A stretch of 52,113 bases of DNA. Origin: a virus. Taxonomy: Duplodnaviria; Heunggongvirae; Uroviricota; Caudoviricetes. Each line of letters starts with the position of its first letter. Within the stretch, counting starts at the first letter, position 1. The DNA lies in the IMG/VR virus record IMGVR_UViG_2541047719_000006. One strand, given 5' to 3'. This document shows, one piece after another, positions 9,679-19,125 of the stretch. The notes under the pieces were generated by a model, which worked only from the letters and a program-made list of their open reading frames with translations, ran no database searches and was not told the origin of the DNA. The position numbers were made by a program, and so were the translations under genes.

Positions 9679-10536
9679 ATGCTGTTTGTGCTTATTCTAA
9701 GCAACCGGGCAGCATCATACGGGGCAATTATGGCCGCATTACCATACATGCAACTGTACATAGCTGATTACCTGGCTGACACCATGCATTTGTCAGCAGA
9801 GGAGCACGGTGCGTATTTGTTGCTGATGTTCAATTACTGGCAAACAGGAAAGCCAATACCCAAAAACAGGCTGGCAAAAATTGCCCGTCTGACTAACGAG
9901 CGATGGGCTGATGTTGAACCATCCTTGCGGGAGTTTTTTTGCGATAACGGCGAGGAATGGGTGCATCTTCGGATTGAGGAAGATCTGGCATCAGTCAGGG
10001 AAAAATTAACCAAAAAATCAGCCGCAGGAAAAGCATCTGTTCAGGCCAGAAGAAGCAGAAAGGAAGCAGATGTTCAAACAAAACAAGAGAGAAATTTAAC
10101 AGGTGTTCAAACAGATGTTGAAGTGGTGTTTGAACATGATGTCAACACAAAGGCAACTAATAAAGATACAGATAAAGATCTAAAAACAGATCCCCCCCTA
10201 AATCCCCCCCGGGGGAATCGAGGTGTCAAAAAGTTTGACCCTCTGGATATTGCTTTGCCGAACTGGATTTCTGTCTCGCTTTGGCGTGAGTGGGTTGAAT
10301 TTCGCCATGCATTGCGTAAACCGATTCGAACGGAGCAGGGCGCTAACGGGGCGATACGGGAGCTGGAAAAATTCCGCCAGCAGGGTTTTACCCCTGAGCA
10401 GGTGATTCGACATAGCATCGCCAATGAATACCAGGGCTTGTTCGCGCCGAAAGGTGTTCGGCCTGAGACGTTGCTCAGACAGGTTAACACCGTCTCGTTG
10501 CCGGACAGTGCGATCCCGCCAGGCTTCAGGGGGTAA
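9679..10536 (+). CDS. ydaU: YdaU-like replication-associated protein
   Basis: 285 aa; precedes DnaC-like gene; alternative start 9730. Confidence 0.65.
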   Translation: MLFVLILSNRAASYGAIMAALPYMQLYIADYLADTMHLSAEEHGAYLLLMFNYWQTGKPIPKNRLAKIARLTNERWADVEPSLREFFCDNGEEWVHLRIEEDLASVREKLTKKSAAGKASVQARRSRKEADVQTKQERNLTGVQTDVEVVFEHDVNTKATNKDTDKDLKTDPPLNPPRGNRGVKKFDPLDIALPNWISVSLWREWVEFRHALRKPIRTEQGANGAIRELEKFRQQGFTPEQVIRHSIANEYQGLFAPKGVRPETLLRQVNTVSLPDSAIPPGFRG

Positions 10537-10542
10537 CGAACC

Positions 10543-11289
10543 ATGAAAAATATTGCGACAGGCGGCGTTCTGGAACGCATCCGCCGACTGACCCCGCCAC
10601 ATGTAACCGCCCCATTCAGAACGGTAGCGGAGTGGCGCGAGTGGCAACTTGCTGAAGGCCAGAAACGTAGCGAGGAGATCAACCGCCTGAATCGCCAGTT
10701 GCGGGTGGAAAAAATTCTGAATCGCTCAGGCATCCAGCCGTTGCACCGTAAATGCTCGTTTGTGAATTACCAGGTGCAGAACGACGGCCAGCGATACGCG
10801 TTGAGTCAGGCAAAATCTATCGCTGACGAACTGGTTACCGGATGCACAAATTTCGCGTTTAGCGGAAAACCTGGTACCGGGAAGAACCACTTAGCAGCAG
10901 CTATCGGGAATCGCCTGCTGAAAGACGGTCAGACAGTGATTGTGGTTACCGTGGCTGATGTTATGAGTGCCCTCCACGCCAGCTATGACGATGGGCAGTC
11001 AGGCGAAAAATTTTTGCGGGAACTGTGCGAAGTGGATCTGCTGGTTCTTGATGAAATTGGCATTCAGCGCGAGACGAAAAACGAGCAGGTGGTACTGCAC
11101 CAGATTATTGATCGACGGACAGCGTCGATGCGTAGCGTGGGAATGCTGACAAACCTGAACTATGAGGCCATGAAAACATTGCTCGGCGAGCGGATTATGG
11201 ATCGCATGACCATGAACGGCGGGCGATGGGTGAATTTTAACTGGGAGAGCTGGCGTCCAAATGTCGTCCAGCCAGGAACTGCGAAGTAA
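10543..11289 (+). CDS. ydaV: DnaC-like replication helicase loader ATPase
   Basis: 248 aa; Walker [12 protein letters not shown] and Walker [10 protein letters not shown]. Confidence 0.8.
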   Translation: MKNIATGGVLERIRRLTPPHVTAPFRTVAEWREWQLAEGQKRSEEINRLNRQLRVEKILNRSGIQPLHRKCSFVNYQVQNDGQRYALSQAKSIADELVTGCTNFAFSGKPGTGKNHLAAAIGNRLLKDGQTVIVVTVADVMSALHASYDDGQSGEKFLRELCEVDLLVLDEIGIQRETKNEQVVLHQIIDRRTASMRSVGMLTNLNYEAMKTLLGERIMDRMTMNGGRWVNFNWESWRPNVVQPGTAK

Positions 11290-11311
11290 TTTTTATCGGG
11301 AGGAAATTTTA

Positions 11312-12025
11312 ATGGAGACTGTTTTTGACGCACTGAAAGCAATGGGAAAAGCCACATCCATAGAACTTGCTGCGCGACTTGATATCAGTCGTGAAGAAGT
11401 GTTGAACGAACTATGGGAACTGAAAAAAGCTGGTTTCGTTGATAAAAGCGCGTACACCTGGCGTGTGGCTGATAACAACGTTCAGCAGGAACAGCCAATG
11501 CAGGCAGAACTGCCGGAAGAAACCACCACGGCAACAGTAGCGAAAATCTCAGAGTGCGATTTAACCGCGACGATTGAACAACGCGGACCACAAACGGCGG
11601 ATGAACTGGCTACGCTGTTCGGTACCACATCCCGCAAAATTGCTTCAACGCTGGCAATGGCAATCAGCAAAGGACGCCTGATTCGCGTAAATCAGAACGG
11701 TAAATTTCGTTACTGCATACCGGGCAATAATTTACCAGCAGAGCCGAAAGCTGCATCGGTAACGGAAACTGATTTTAAAGCCTTTCCTCAGCCAGCAGGT
11801 GTTGCGTTGCCGGTACAGAAAGATGCAACACAGGAAGATATTAAAACAGAAACTGTGGCGGACATTGTGCAGTCGCTGCACATGGCAAACCGTGAGCTGC
11901 GCCGGGCGAAAAATCATGTCCAGAAGTGGGAGCGTGTCTGCGCCGCGCTGCGGGAGCTGAACAAGTACCGGGATATTGTTCGACAGATTACTGATTCTTC
12001 TCGCTGTGTTGCATCGGAAAAGTGA
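11312..12025 (+). CDS. ydaW: YdaW-like prophage protein
   Basis: Start at ATG 11312 with GGGAGG RBS (METVFDALK...); Rac synteny. Confidence 0.55.
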   Translation: METVFDALKAMGKATSIELAARLDISREEVLNELWELKKAGFVDKSAYTWRVADNNVQQEQPMQAELPEETTTATVAKISECDLTATIEQRGPQTADELATLFGTTSRKIASTLAMAISKGRLIRVNQNGKFRYCIPGNNLPAEPKAASVTETDFKAFPQPAGVALPVQKDATQEDIKTETVADIVQSLHMANRELRRAKNHVQKWERVCAALRELNKYRDIVRQITDSSRCVASEK

Positions 12026-12040
12026 TTGCCGGAGGCGCTT

Positions 12041-12457
12041 ATGGCAAAAGTATTTACACAAGAAGAGCGGGAAAAAATCAAGGGACAGGTTGTTGAGCTA
12101 GTACGCCGGAGTGGGCGCGAGACGTTACGGCAACTGGAAGCCAAGACAGGTGCGACAAGATATCTGATGAGCGTTCTCGCCAGAGAGCTGGTTGCCAGTG
12201 GCGATGTATACAACTCTGGCTACGGGTTATTCCCGTCTGAACAGGCTCGTAAGGACTGGCAAAATGCCCGCAAAAAACTATCTAGGGCAAAGGTGAAGAA
12301 ACCATCTGTGGTTGATCCGGACCTTATCTGGTCATTACCTGACGGAGAAATACGTCGTTATGACAGGCACCAAAACATAATTTGCTGTGAGTGCCGGAAG
12401 AGCGAAGTTATGCAGCGCATACTGGCATTTTATCAGAGAAATTTTCGTTATTTATAG
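12041..12457 (+). CDS. Hypothetical protein
   Basis: 138 aa from ATG 12041 with GGAGG RBS; basic C-terminal half with CCEC; no family recognised. Confidence 0.4.
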   Translation: MAKVFTQEEREKIKGQVVELVRRSGRETLRQLEAKTGATRYLMSVLARELVASGDVYNSGYGLFPSEQARKDWQNARKKLSRAKVKKPSVVDPDLIWSLPDGEIRRYDRHQNIICCECRKSEVMQRILAFYQRNFRYL

Positions 12458-12620
12458 ACGTTACTCGATTAAAGAGCATTAGTTCAGATGTGAATTGACA
12501 TTTTCACGGCACAGGATTGAGCTAGCGTGGTTGTCTGCTTTGTGTCAAAAGCAGATATTACCAGATTTAGACATCTATTCCCGATAGCCCTGCTCTGATG
12601 CTACACTCTGTGCTATTTTC

Positions 12621-13307
12621 ATGACCCCAATAAAAATATTTATGACTATTGCTGATTTCAAACGGCCTAAATTGGAGCTCCCAAACGGGGCAAACAAACT
12701 ACTACTGCACTCTTGCTGTGCTCCATGTTCCGGTGAAGTGATGGAGGCGCTTCAGGCCTCGGGAATCGACTATACCATCTTTTTCTACAACCCGAACATT
12801 CATCCTCAGAAAGAGTATTTAATTCGTAAGGATGAGAATATTCGCTTTGCTGAACAACACGGCGTGCCATTTATTGATGCTGATTACGACACAGACAACT
12901 GGTTTGAACGTGCCAAAGGAATGGAATGGGAGCCCGAGAGGGGGATCCGTTGTACCATGTGTTTTGACATGCGTTTTGAGCGGACAGCGCTGTACGCTGC
13001 TGAAAATGGTTTCAGTGTGATCAGCAGTTCACTGGGCATTTCACGCTGGAAAAATATGCAGCAGGTTAACGACTGTGGGCGGCGAGCCGTCGCGCATTAT
13101 CCGGGCATGGTGTACTGGGATTATAACTGGCGCAAGCAGGGCGGCTCGTCCCGCATGATTGAAATCAGCAAGCGCGAAAAATTCTATCAGCAGGAATATT
13201 GTGGCTGTGTGTATTCTCTGCGCGATACCAATCTACACCGCAAATCTCAGGGACGCCCTCTTATCAAAATTGGTCAACTCCACTACGGTAAAGAAGAGAA
13301 GGAGTGA
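12621..13307 (+). CDS. DUF208/QueH-like epoxyqueuosine reductase family protein
   Basis: Motifs [42 protein letters not shown] match remembered QueH conserved Cys pattern; alternative start 12642; TTGACA hexamer at 12496. Confidence 0.55.
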   Translation: MTPIKIFMTIADFKRPKLELPNGANKLLLHSCCAPCSGEVMEALQASGIDYTIFFYNPNIHPQKEYLIRKDENIRFAEQHGVPFIDADYDTDNWFERAKGMEWEPERGIRCTMCFDMRFERTALYAAENGFSVISSSLGISRWKNMQQVNDCGRRAVAHYPGMVYWDYNWRKQGGSSRMIEISKREKFYQQEYCGCVYSLRDTNLHRKSQGRPLIKIGQLHYGKEEKE

Positions 13308-13544
13308 TTTTATGGAGCACCTTTCTTATTGATTTCATATTGGCGAGGTAGCGGGAGTTAAGTAAAATTGCTGCGGGTGCTTGAGGCTATCTGCCTCAGG
13401 CATGAACACCAAAAGGCAGATAGAGAAAAGCCCCAGTTAACATTACGCGTCCTGCAAGACGCTTAACATTAATCTGAGGCTCAATCTATGCTGAACACAT
13501 GTAGGTTAGCCTCTTACGTGCCGAAAGGCAAGGAGAAGCAGGCT

Positions 13545-13700
13545 ATGAAGCAGCAAAAGGCGATGTTAATCGCCCTGATCGTCATCTGTTTAACCGTCAT
13601 AGTGACGGCACTGGTAACGAGGAAAGACCTCTGCGAGGTACGAATCCGAACCGGGCAGACGGAGGTCGCTGTCTTCACAGCTTACGAACCTGAGGAGTAA
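13545..13700 (+). CDS. hokD: Hok/Gef family type I toxin (HokD/RelF-like)
   Basis: 51 aa MKQQKAMLIALIVICLTVIVTALVTRKDLCEVRIRTGQTEVAVFTAYEPEE; AAGGAG RBS; in-frame upstream extension to 13488 in ORF track. Confidence 0.8.
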   Translation: MKQQKAMLIALIVICLTVIVTALVTRKDLCEVRIRTGQTEVAVFTAYEPEE

Positions 13701-13768
13701 GAGACCGGGCGGGAGAGTAATCTCCCGCCACCTCTGATATGTCAGGCATCCTCAACGCACCCGCACTT

Positions 13769-13790
13769 AACCCGCTTCGGCGGGTTTTTT
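13769..13790 (+). terminator. Rho-independent terminator after hok
   Basis: AACCCGC-ttcg-GCGGG followed by TTTTTT; identical copy at 14609..14630. Confidence 0.6.
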
Positions 13791-13908
13791 CACGTACTGT
13801 GGTTGTGAATACGATTGGTATTAGGCTATGCTAACAACATTAGCCTGACTAATTTTGTATTGACTTAATTTTTGTTAAAGAACAGGACGGAGAAGTAAGG
13901 GTACACCA

Positions 13909-14088
13909 ATGAGCTACGCACTAAAAAAACACCCGCGATTGACTATTCCCCCTCGCGATAAAAGCGTTGTGGCAGCTCCGCGCCCGGCTATCGATGAAAA
14001 TTGCACTCATCGTGAGCAGGTGAAAAATGCTTTCGATTTCGGTTTTTCTCGTTACGAGAAGGCAATGGAAGATCTTTCAAAAGTGTAA
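13909..14088 (+). CDS. Small protein, candidate antitoxin partner of Doc
   Basis: 59-aa ORF read by hand (MSYALKKHPRLTIPPRDKSVVAAPRPAIDENCTHREQVKNAFDFGFSRYEKAMEDLSKV); ends 18 nt before Doc start; not in ORF track. Confidence 0.35.
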   Translation: MSYALKKHPRLTIPPRDKSVVAAPRPAIDENCTHREQVKNAFDFGFSRYEKAMEDLSKV

Positions 14089-14106
14089 TGATGGGTATTG
14101 TGCTCT

Positions 14107-14592
14107 ATGGCTGAGATTGTTGAAGGAGTGCACTACCTTTCGGTTGATGATCTTACTGAAATTAATCGCCTTTTAATTGAGCTTCAAACACCAGATGAAC
14201 CTGTTGGTGTGCTGAGTGTTGATAATTTAAGTTCTTCTCAGTCTCGTCCCAGTATGGTTCGATGGTATGAGCAAACCAACGACATGTTTGTACTGGCATC
14301 GGTATTGATTGAAAGTCTGATTCAGAATCATCCATTTGCCAATGCAAACAAGCGCACAGCAATGATGGCTGGTGCGGTTTTTTTATTGTTAAATGGATAC
14401 GAATTAACCGCACCAGGCGATGAAGTTGTGGAGATGGCTGAGGGGCTGGCCTGTAAAATTTATACACGAGAAGAGCTTGAAAATTGGTTGTGTTATTGGT
14501 CTCGTGCGTATGACAGTCGGGAATTATGTAAAACAGGCGCAACTATTGTTTTGTATGAAACTATCAAGCTTAAAATAGAACAGCAAAACTAA
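14107..14592 (+). CDS. Doc (death-on-curing) family toxin, Fic fold
   Basis: Motif HPFANANKRTA matches Doc signature H-x-F-x-(D/N)-A-N-K-R (P1 Doc HIFNDANKRTA); ORF track start 14098 is TTG, ATG at 14107. Confidence 0.7.
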   Translation: MAEIVEGVHYLSVDDLTEINRLLIELQTPDEPVGVLSVDNLSSSQSRPSMVRWYEQTNDMFVLASVLIESLIQNHPFANANKRTAMMAGAVFLLLNGYELTAPGDEVVEMAEGLACKIYTREELENWLCYWSRAYDSRELCKTGATIVLYETIKLKIEQQN

Positions 14593-14608
14593 AGATGCTT
14601 CTAATGAA

Positions 14609-14630
14609 AACCCGCTTCGGCGGGTTTTTT
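14609..14630 (+). terminator. Rho-independent terminator after doc
   Basis: AACCCGC-ttcg-GCGGG followed by TTTTTT, identical to 13769..13790. Confidence 0.6.
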
Positions 14631-14815
14631 GTTGCGTGCTGAATATGCAGGGTGAAAAATAACCATATATTTGATTATATACACAGCCAAAAATAAAAGT
14701 CATTGTACCTGCACATTAAACAATCAAATATACGACGTGAAATAAATATTTTTCAGATTAATATTTTTGTCTCTATGTGGATATAACCTTTTGTACTTAT
14801 AAACCTGGAGGCATC

Positions 14816-15028
14816 GTGGAAAAAATAAAGAAACTATTTAGTAGCAAATACGCAGTCATACGTCGTGATGACCTGTCAGTTATAGTCGAAATGGATTACT
14901 TCCCTGAAACCCCAAAATCAATGATGTATCGTAATGGTCGAAAGGCAATTTTTTTACCGATGAGGGTAAGTGACATTATGGGAAATGATAAACTGCTGGA
15001 TGAATTGCGAGTCAGAGCATCCTGTTAG
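14816..15028 (+). CDS. Hypothetical protein
   Basis: GTG start at 14816 with GGAGG RBS 5 nt upstream; 70 aa; no family recognised. Confidence 0.35.
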   Translation: MEKIKKLFSSKYAVIRRDDLSVIVEMDYFPETPKSMMYRNGRKAIFLPMRVSDIMGNDKLLDELRVRASC

Positions 15029-15099
15029 TATTGGCATTAATTCTGATATACTACATAACGGGCTGAACACCCATTCTACTGCGCCAGCGGAGAACTACG

Positions 15100-15699
15100 A
15101 TGGCGCATATACAACTGGTCAAACAAACCTCTTCCGGATTACTTCTCCCGGCGACGCCGGAGAGTTGCGATTTTCTGCATCAAATCAAAATAGGCGAGTG
15201 GATACACGCTGACTTTAAGCGTGTTCGTAACTACGCATTCCACAAGCGTTTTTTCAAACTCCTGCAATTGGGATTCGATTACTGGACTCCGGCCGGTGGG
15301 GCGATCACGCCTCGCGAACGAGAACTGGTGTCCGGTTTCGTTGATTTCCTGTGCGAATCAGTAGGTCGGGAACATACGCCAGCCCTGAGTGATGCCGCAG
15401 AGCAATACCTTAACACCGTTGCGACTCGCAGAACCCGGGATACGGCATTACTCAAGTCATTTGACGCTTTCCGCGAGTGGGTAACCATTCAGGCTGGATT
15501 TTACACCGAGCATTTTTATCCTGATGGTAGTCGTGGGCGTCGGGCGAAATCCATCGCGTTTGCGAATATGGACGAAACCGAGTTTCAGCAGGTTTATAAA
15601 TCTGTACTGAATGTGCTGTGGAACTGGATTCTGTTCCGTAAATTTTCCTCTCCGGAACAAGTCGAAAATGTGGCCGCGCAGCTACTGGAGTTTGCGTAA
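15100..15699 (+). CDS. DUF1367 family protein (YbcN-like, nin-region)
   Basis: 199 aa; position and size match lambdoid YbcN-type proteins upstream of YbcO and Q; identified by synteny and memory only. Confidence 0.5.
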   Translation: MAHIQLVKQTSSGLLLPATPESCDFLHQIKIGEWIHADFKRVRNYAFHKRFFKLLQLGFDYWTPAGGAITPRERELVSGFVDFLCESVGREHTPALSDAAEQYLNTVATRRTRDTALLKSFDAFREWVTIQAGFYTEHFYPDGSRGRRAKSIAFANMDETEFQQVYKSVLNVLWNWILFRKFSSPEQVENVAAQLLEFA

Positions 15700-15989
15700 T
15701 GGTGGATTTACGTAAAGCGGCGCGGGGCCAGATGTGCCAGGTCAGAATCCCTGGCTACTGCAATCACAATCCCGAAACTTCTGTGCTGGCGCATTACAGG
15801 TTGGCAGGGACGTGCGGAACAGCGACAAAACCACACGATATGCAGGCAGCGATTGCCTGTAACTCATGCCACGATTTAATCGACGGGCGGGTAAAAACCA
15901 GCGATTACACCAAAGAAGAATTACGCCTGATGCATGCAGAAGGTGTTTTTCGCACGCAAGAAATCTGGAGAAAGGAAGGTTATTTATGA
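15699..15989 (+). CDS. DUF1364 putative nuclease (YbcO-like)
   Basis: 96 aa with multiple Cys/His (CQVRIPGYCNHN, CNSCHD); start overlaps previous stop (TAATG); precedes Q. Confidence 0.5.
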   Translation: MVDLRKAARGQMCQVRIPGYCNHNPETSVLAHYRLAGTCGTATKPHDMQAAIACNSCHDLIDGRVKTSDYTKEELRLMHAEGVFRTQEIWRKEGYL

Positions 15990-16522
15990 TTTACCCAACA
16001 AATACAGGCAAAAGCGGGGAACACCTTCGTCTCACCACGCTGGAAAGTGTCTGGATTCAGGGAAAACTGCGCATGTGGGGGCGCTGGTCGTATATTGGCG
16101 GCGGTAAGACGGGGAATATGTTTAACCAGTTGCTGGCGTCAAAAAAATTGACGAAAACAGCCATCAATGAAGCCCTGCGCAGAATGAAAAAAGCGGGAAT
16201 AGAGAAAGCTGAGCTGGAAGCGTTTTTGCGAGAGATGATCAACGGCAAGCAAAAGAGCTGGCTGGCGCATTGTACTGATGCAGAGGCACTAAAAATTGAT
16301 AGTGTTATAGGTGAAGTTCTGGCGGATCATCCAGGACTACTAAATGTCCTGAGTCAGCGTTATGTGGGGCGAGGGATGAGTAAGAGAAGGATGGCCGAGT
16401 TATTAAACGAACAGTACCCAGAGTGGGCGTTGATTACATGCCGACGTCGTGTTGATCAGTGGTTGCGTGTTGCTGAGTTCATTTTGTATTCACCTATGAG
16501 AGAAGCGTTCGATTATGCTTAA
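15986..16522 (+). CDS. Late-gene antitermination protein Q-like
   Basis: 178 aa from ATG 15986 (AAGGAAGG RBS, ATGA overlap with previous gene); immediately upstream of terminator, tRNAs and lysis cassette. Confidence 0.55.
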   Translation: MIYPTNTGKSGEHLRLTTLESVWIQGKLRMWGRWSYIGGGKTGNMFNQLLASKKLTKTAINEALRRMKKAGIEKAELEAFLREMINGKQKSWLAHCTDAEALKIDSVIGEVLADHPGLLNVLSQRYVGRGMSKRRMAELLNEQYPEWALITCRRRVDQWLRVAEFILYSPMREAFDYA

Positions 16523-16618
16523 AAAAGCATTGCAAAATGAGCCACAAACTGCTTCAATTTCGGTACGCTTCGCATAGCTGTATCGCGAGGCAAATTAAGC
16601 GCATGAACTTTAATACAA

Positions 16619-16645
16619 CCCGCCATTGAGCGGGTTTTGTTGTTT
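16619..16645 (+). terminator. Candidate tR'-like terminator downstream of Q
   Basis: CCCGC-cattga-GCGGG followed by TTTTGTTGTTT, about 95 bp after Q stop. Confidence 0.45.
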
Positions 16646-16884
16646 CTGTGGCGTGATATCAGAAACGACATTTAATAATCGCCTTCAAAATAAATTTGTT
16701 TATACATTGTCATGTATATTTTAAGTGAAAGTGAATTATTCACATAAAATAAAAACACATAAATAAATTTACATAACTTGACGCAAAGTGTTGTTGCGAT
16801 TGGAATATTAAATCGTATCATCGAAAACGGTTCTGAGGGGGAACTCTTCTTTGCTCGGTGATATCGCTCCCCTGAAGAACCAAT

Positions 16885-16960
<76 letters not shown>

Positions 16961-16963
16961 TAT

Positions 16964-17038
<75 letters not shown>

Positions 17039-17399
17039 GCATTTGAAACAAGCCTTATTGTATTGCGGCACTGGCGTATTTTTTTATTACGTGGGAGCAG
17101 GTTGTTTTGAAAAAGCATTCTGTTCTCTGGCTATGATTTGAGGCCGGGTGTAGCCTCAGTGCTGATTTTTTACGGCAGCAGAATGGTGCATTATCGGTGG
17201 AGATTTTGTATTTCCTGGCAGGGTCGGTGATGCATCATTCTGGTGTTGTAAAAGCACCGCAGAGGCGTTCCTCAGGGCGAGGGTGGTTTAAAGAGTCGGT
17301 TTAGCGGGAAACCACAGTATCCATACGGCACGGAATACTTCGGGAGGCACCCGACACCTCGGTTTTATAACAATTAAATAATTCATCCCTTAATTGACC

Positions 17400-17425
17400 A
17401 ACCGCCGTATCAGGCGGTTTTTTTT
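17400..17425 (+). terminator. Rho-independent terminator in the tRNA-to-holin leader
   Basis: CCGCC-gtatca-GGCGG followed by T8. Confidence 0.55.
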
Positions 17426-17814
17426 ATTCCTTTCTCAGGACAAAAAAATACACGAGCATCCAGGAATACTCGTGGGACAACGTCCTTTGGATAGCAATTT
17501 GCGAGAGGGTGAAAAGTAGCGCGGTCGTCGGATTAAGACCGCGGGACAAAGTCCATGAAGAAGAATAAGTATCGGTCTCCTTCCGGAGACGAGTTGATAT
17601 TACTAAGCTTTAAAAATGGTTTAAATCCTCAGATCAACCTTAATTTCAGATAAGGTTTATTTCATTTTCTCCGCGTCACATCCGACGCACATCACATCAG
17701 ATAACACCACACAAAAGGCATCTGCGGGTGTCTTTGACGGGGTGTTTTTTACGGGCCGCTGGTGGCCATTTTTTGTTTCCATTACACAGCGCCCGCATCT
17801 GCGAGGTGGGGGTT

Positions 17815-18030
17815 ATGAAATCCATGGATAAGTTAACAACGGGTGTCGCCTATGGCACCTCCGCAGGCAGTGCTGGCTACTGGTTTTTACAGCTGCTCGA
17901 TAAAGTCACGCCCTCACAGTGGGCAGCAATAGGTGTGCTGGGTAGCTTGGTATTTGGCCTGCTGACGTACCTGACAAACCTTTATTTCAAGATTAAAGAA
18001 GATAAGCGCAAGGCTGCGAGAGGTGAATAA
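17815..18030 (+). CDS. Holin, phage 21 S21-type pinholin with dual start
   Basis: 71 aa [26 protein letters not shown]... resembles S21 pinholin; Met-Lys-x-Met dual-start motif; GAGGTGGGGG RBS; ORF track start 17728 is an upstream extension. Confidence 0.8.
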
Positions 18031-18527
18031 TGCCTCCATCATTACGAAAAGCCGTTGCTGCTGCTATTGGTGGCGGAGCAATTGCTATAGCATCAGTGTT
18101 AATCACTGGCCCAAGTGGTAACGATGGTCTGGAAGGTGTCAGCTACATACCATACAAAGATATTGTTGGTGTATGGACTGTATGTCACGGGCATACAGGA
18201 AAAGACATCATGCTCGGTAAAACGTATACCAAAGCAGAATGCAAAGCCCTCCTGAATAAAGACCTTGCCACGGTCGCCAGAGAAATTAACCCGTACATAA
18301 AAGTTGATATACCGGAAACAACGCGCGGCGCTCTTTACTCGTTCGTTTACAACGTGGGCGCTGGCAATTTCAGAACATCGACGCTTCTTCGCAAAATAAA
18401 CCAGGGCGATATCAAAGGCGCATGTGATCAGCTACGTCGCTGGACATATGCTGGCGGTAAGCAATGGAAAGGTCTCATGACTCGTCGTGAGATTGAGCGT
18501 GAAATCTGTTTGTGGGGTCAGCAATGA
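18030..18527 (+). CDS. SAR endolysin (lysozyme, phage 21 R-type)
   Basis: 165 aa; N-terminal signal-anchor-release segment [18 protein letters not shown] followed by lysozyme-like domain; start overlaps holin stop. Confidence 0.85.
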   Translation: MPPSLRKAVAAAIGGGAIAIASVLITGPSGNDGLEGVSYIPYKDIVGVWTVCHGHTGKDIMLGKTYTKAECKALLNKDLATVAREINPYIKVDIPETTRGALYSFVYNVGAGNFRTSTLLRKINQGDIKGACDQLRRWTYAGGKQWKGLMTRREIEREICLWGQQ

Positions 18528-18988
18528 ACAGAGTAACCGCGATTATCTCCGCTCTGGTTATCTGCATCATCGTCTGCCTGTCATGGGCTGTTAATCATTA
18601 CCGTGATAATGCCATTACCTACAAAGCGCAACGCGATAATGTGAAGGAAAAACTCAACCAGGCGACCGCAATCATTACTGACATGCAGATACGCCAGCGT
18701 GATGTTGCTGCACTCGATGCAAAATACCTGAAGGAGTTAGCTGATGCGAAAGCTGAAAATGATGCTCTGCGTGATGATGTTGCCGCTGGTCGTCGTCGGT
18801 TGCACATCAAAGCAGTCTGTCCGTCCGTGCGTGAAGCCACCATCGCCTCCAGCGTGGATAATGCAGTCTCCCCCAGACTGGCAGACACCGCTGAACGGGA
18901 TTATTTCACCCTCCGGGAACGACTGGTAATGATGCAGGCCCAACTTGAAGGTGCTCAGCAATACATAACCGAACAGTGTTTAAAGTAA
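18524..18988 (+). CDS. Spanin inner-membrane subunit Rz
   Basis: 154 aa from ATG 18524 (ATGA overlap with endolysin); N-terminal TM helix then coiled-coil region. Confidence 0.8.
   Translation: MNRVTAIISALVICIIVCLSWAVNHYRDNAITYKAQRDNVKEKLNQATAIITDMQIRQRDVAALDAKYLKELADAKAENDALRDDVAAGRRRLHIKAVCPSVREATIASSVDNAVSPRLADTAERDYFTLRERLVMMQAQLEGAQQYITEQCLK
18744..18929 (+). CDS. Spanin outer-membrane lipoprotein Rz1, embedded in Rz
   Basis: 61-aa ORF in +1 frame inside Rz; lipobox LVVVGC; proline-rich; AAGGAG RBS 7 nt upstream. Confidence 0.75.
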   Translation: MRKLKMMLCVMMLPLVVVGCTSKQSVRPCVKPPSPPAWIMQSPPDWQTPLNGIISPSGNDW

Positions 18989-19125
18989 AATCTTAACTAC
19001 AATATGATTCATTTTGATGATTGTTTCATAAGGAACAGTGAAGTAAGATCTAAGATGAGTTAAATTTTATACAGTATAATCATAATGTTGCAGCAAGGTG
19101 GTTATAATTGAAAGAATATTTAGAT

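Noticed and set aside
10107-10733. 208-aa and 149-aa minus-strand ORFs
   Set aside because: Antisense to ydaU/ydaV, whose sense-strand products carry recognisable motifs.
16700-16800. Possible sigma70 promoter (TTGACG) upstream of the tRNA genes, and a PR'-like promoter just after Q
   Set aside because: -35-like hexamers are present but no convincing -10 element at 16-19 bp spacing; cannot be placed with confidence.
17728-17814. ORF-track N-terminal extensions of holin (17728), cdtA (47216), trkG (19108), Doc (14098) and others
   Set aside because: Extensions start at non-ATG codons or lack an RBS; the internal ATG/GTG starts used here have Shine-Dalgarno sequences and match known protein N-termini.
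17040-17814. Possible riboswitch, retron ncRNA or stx-like gene in the tRNA-to-holin interval
   Set aside because: No ORF with an RBS (longest candidate about 32 codons), no reverse transcriptase nearby, and no recognisable riboswitch consensus; kept only as an unexplained structured leader in findings.
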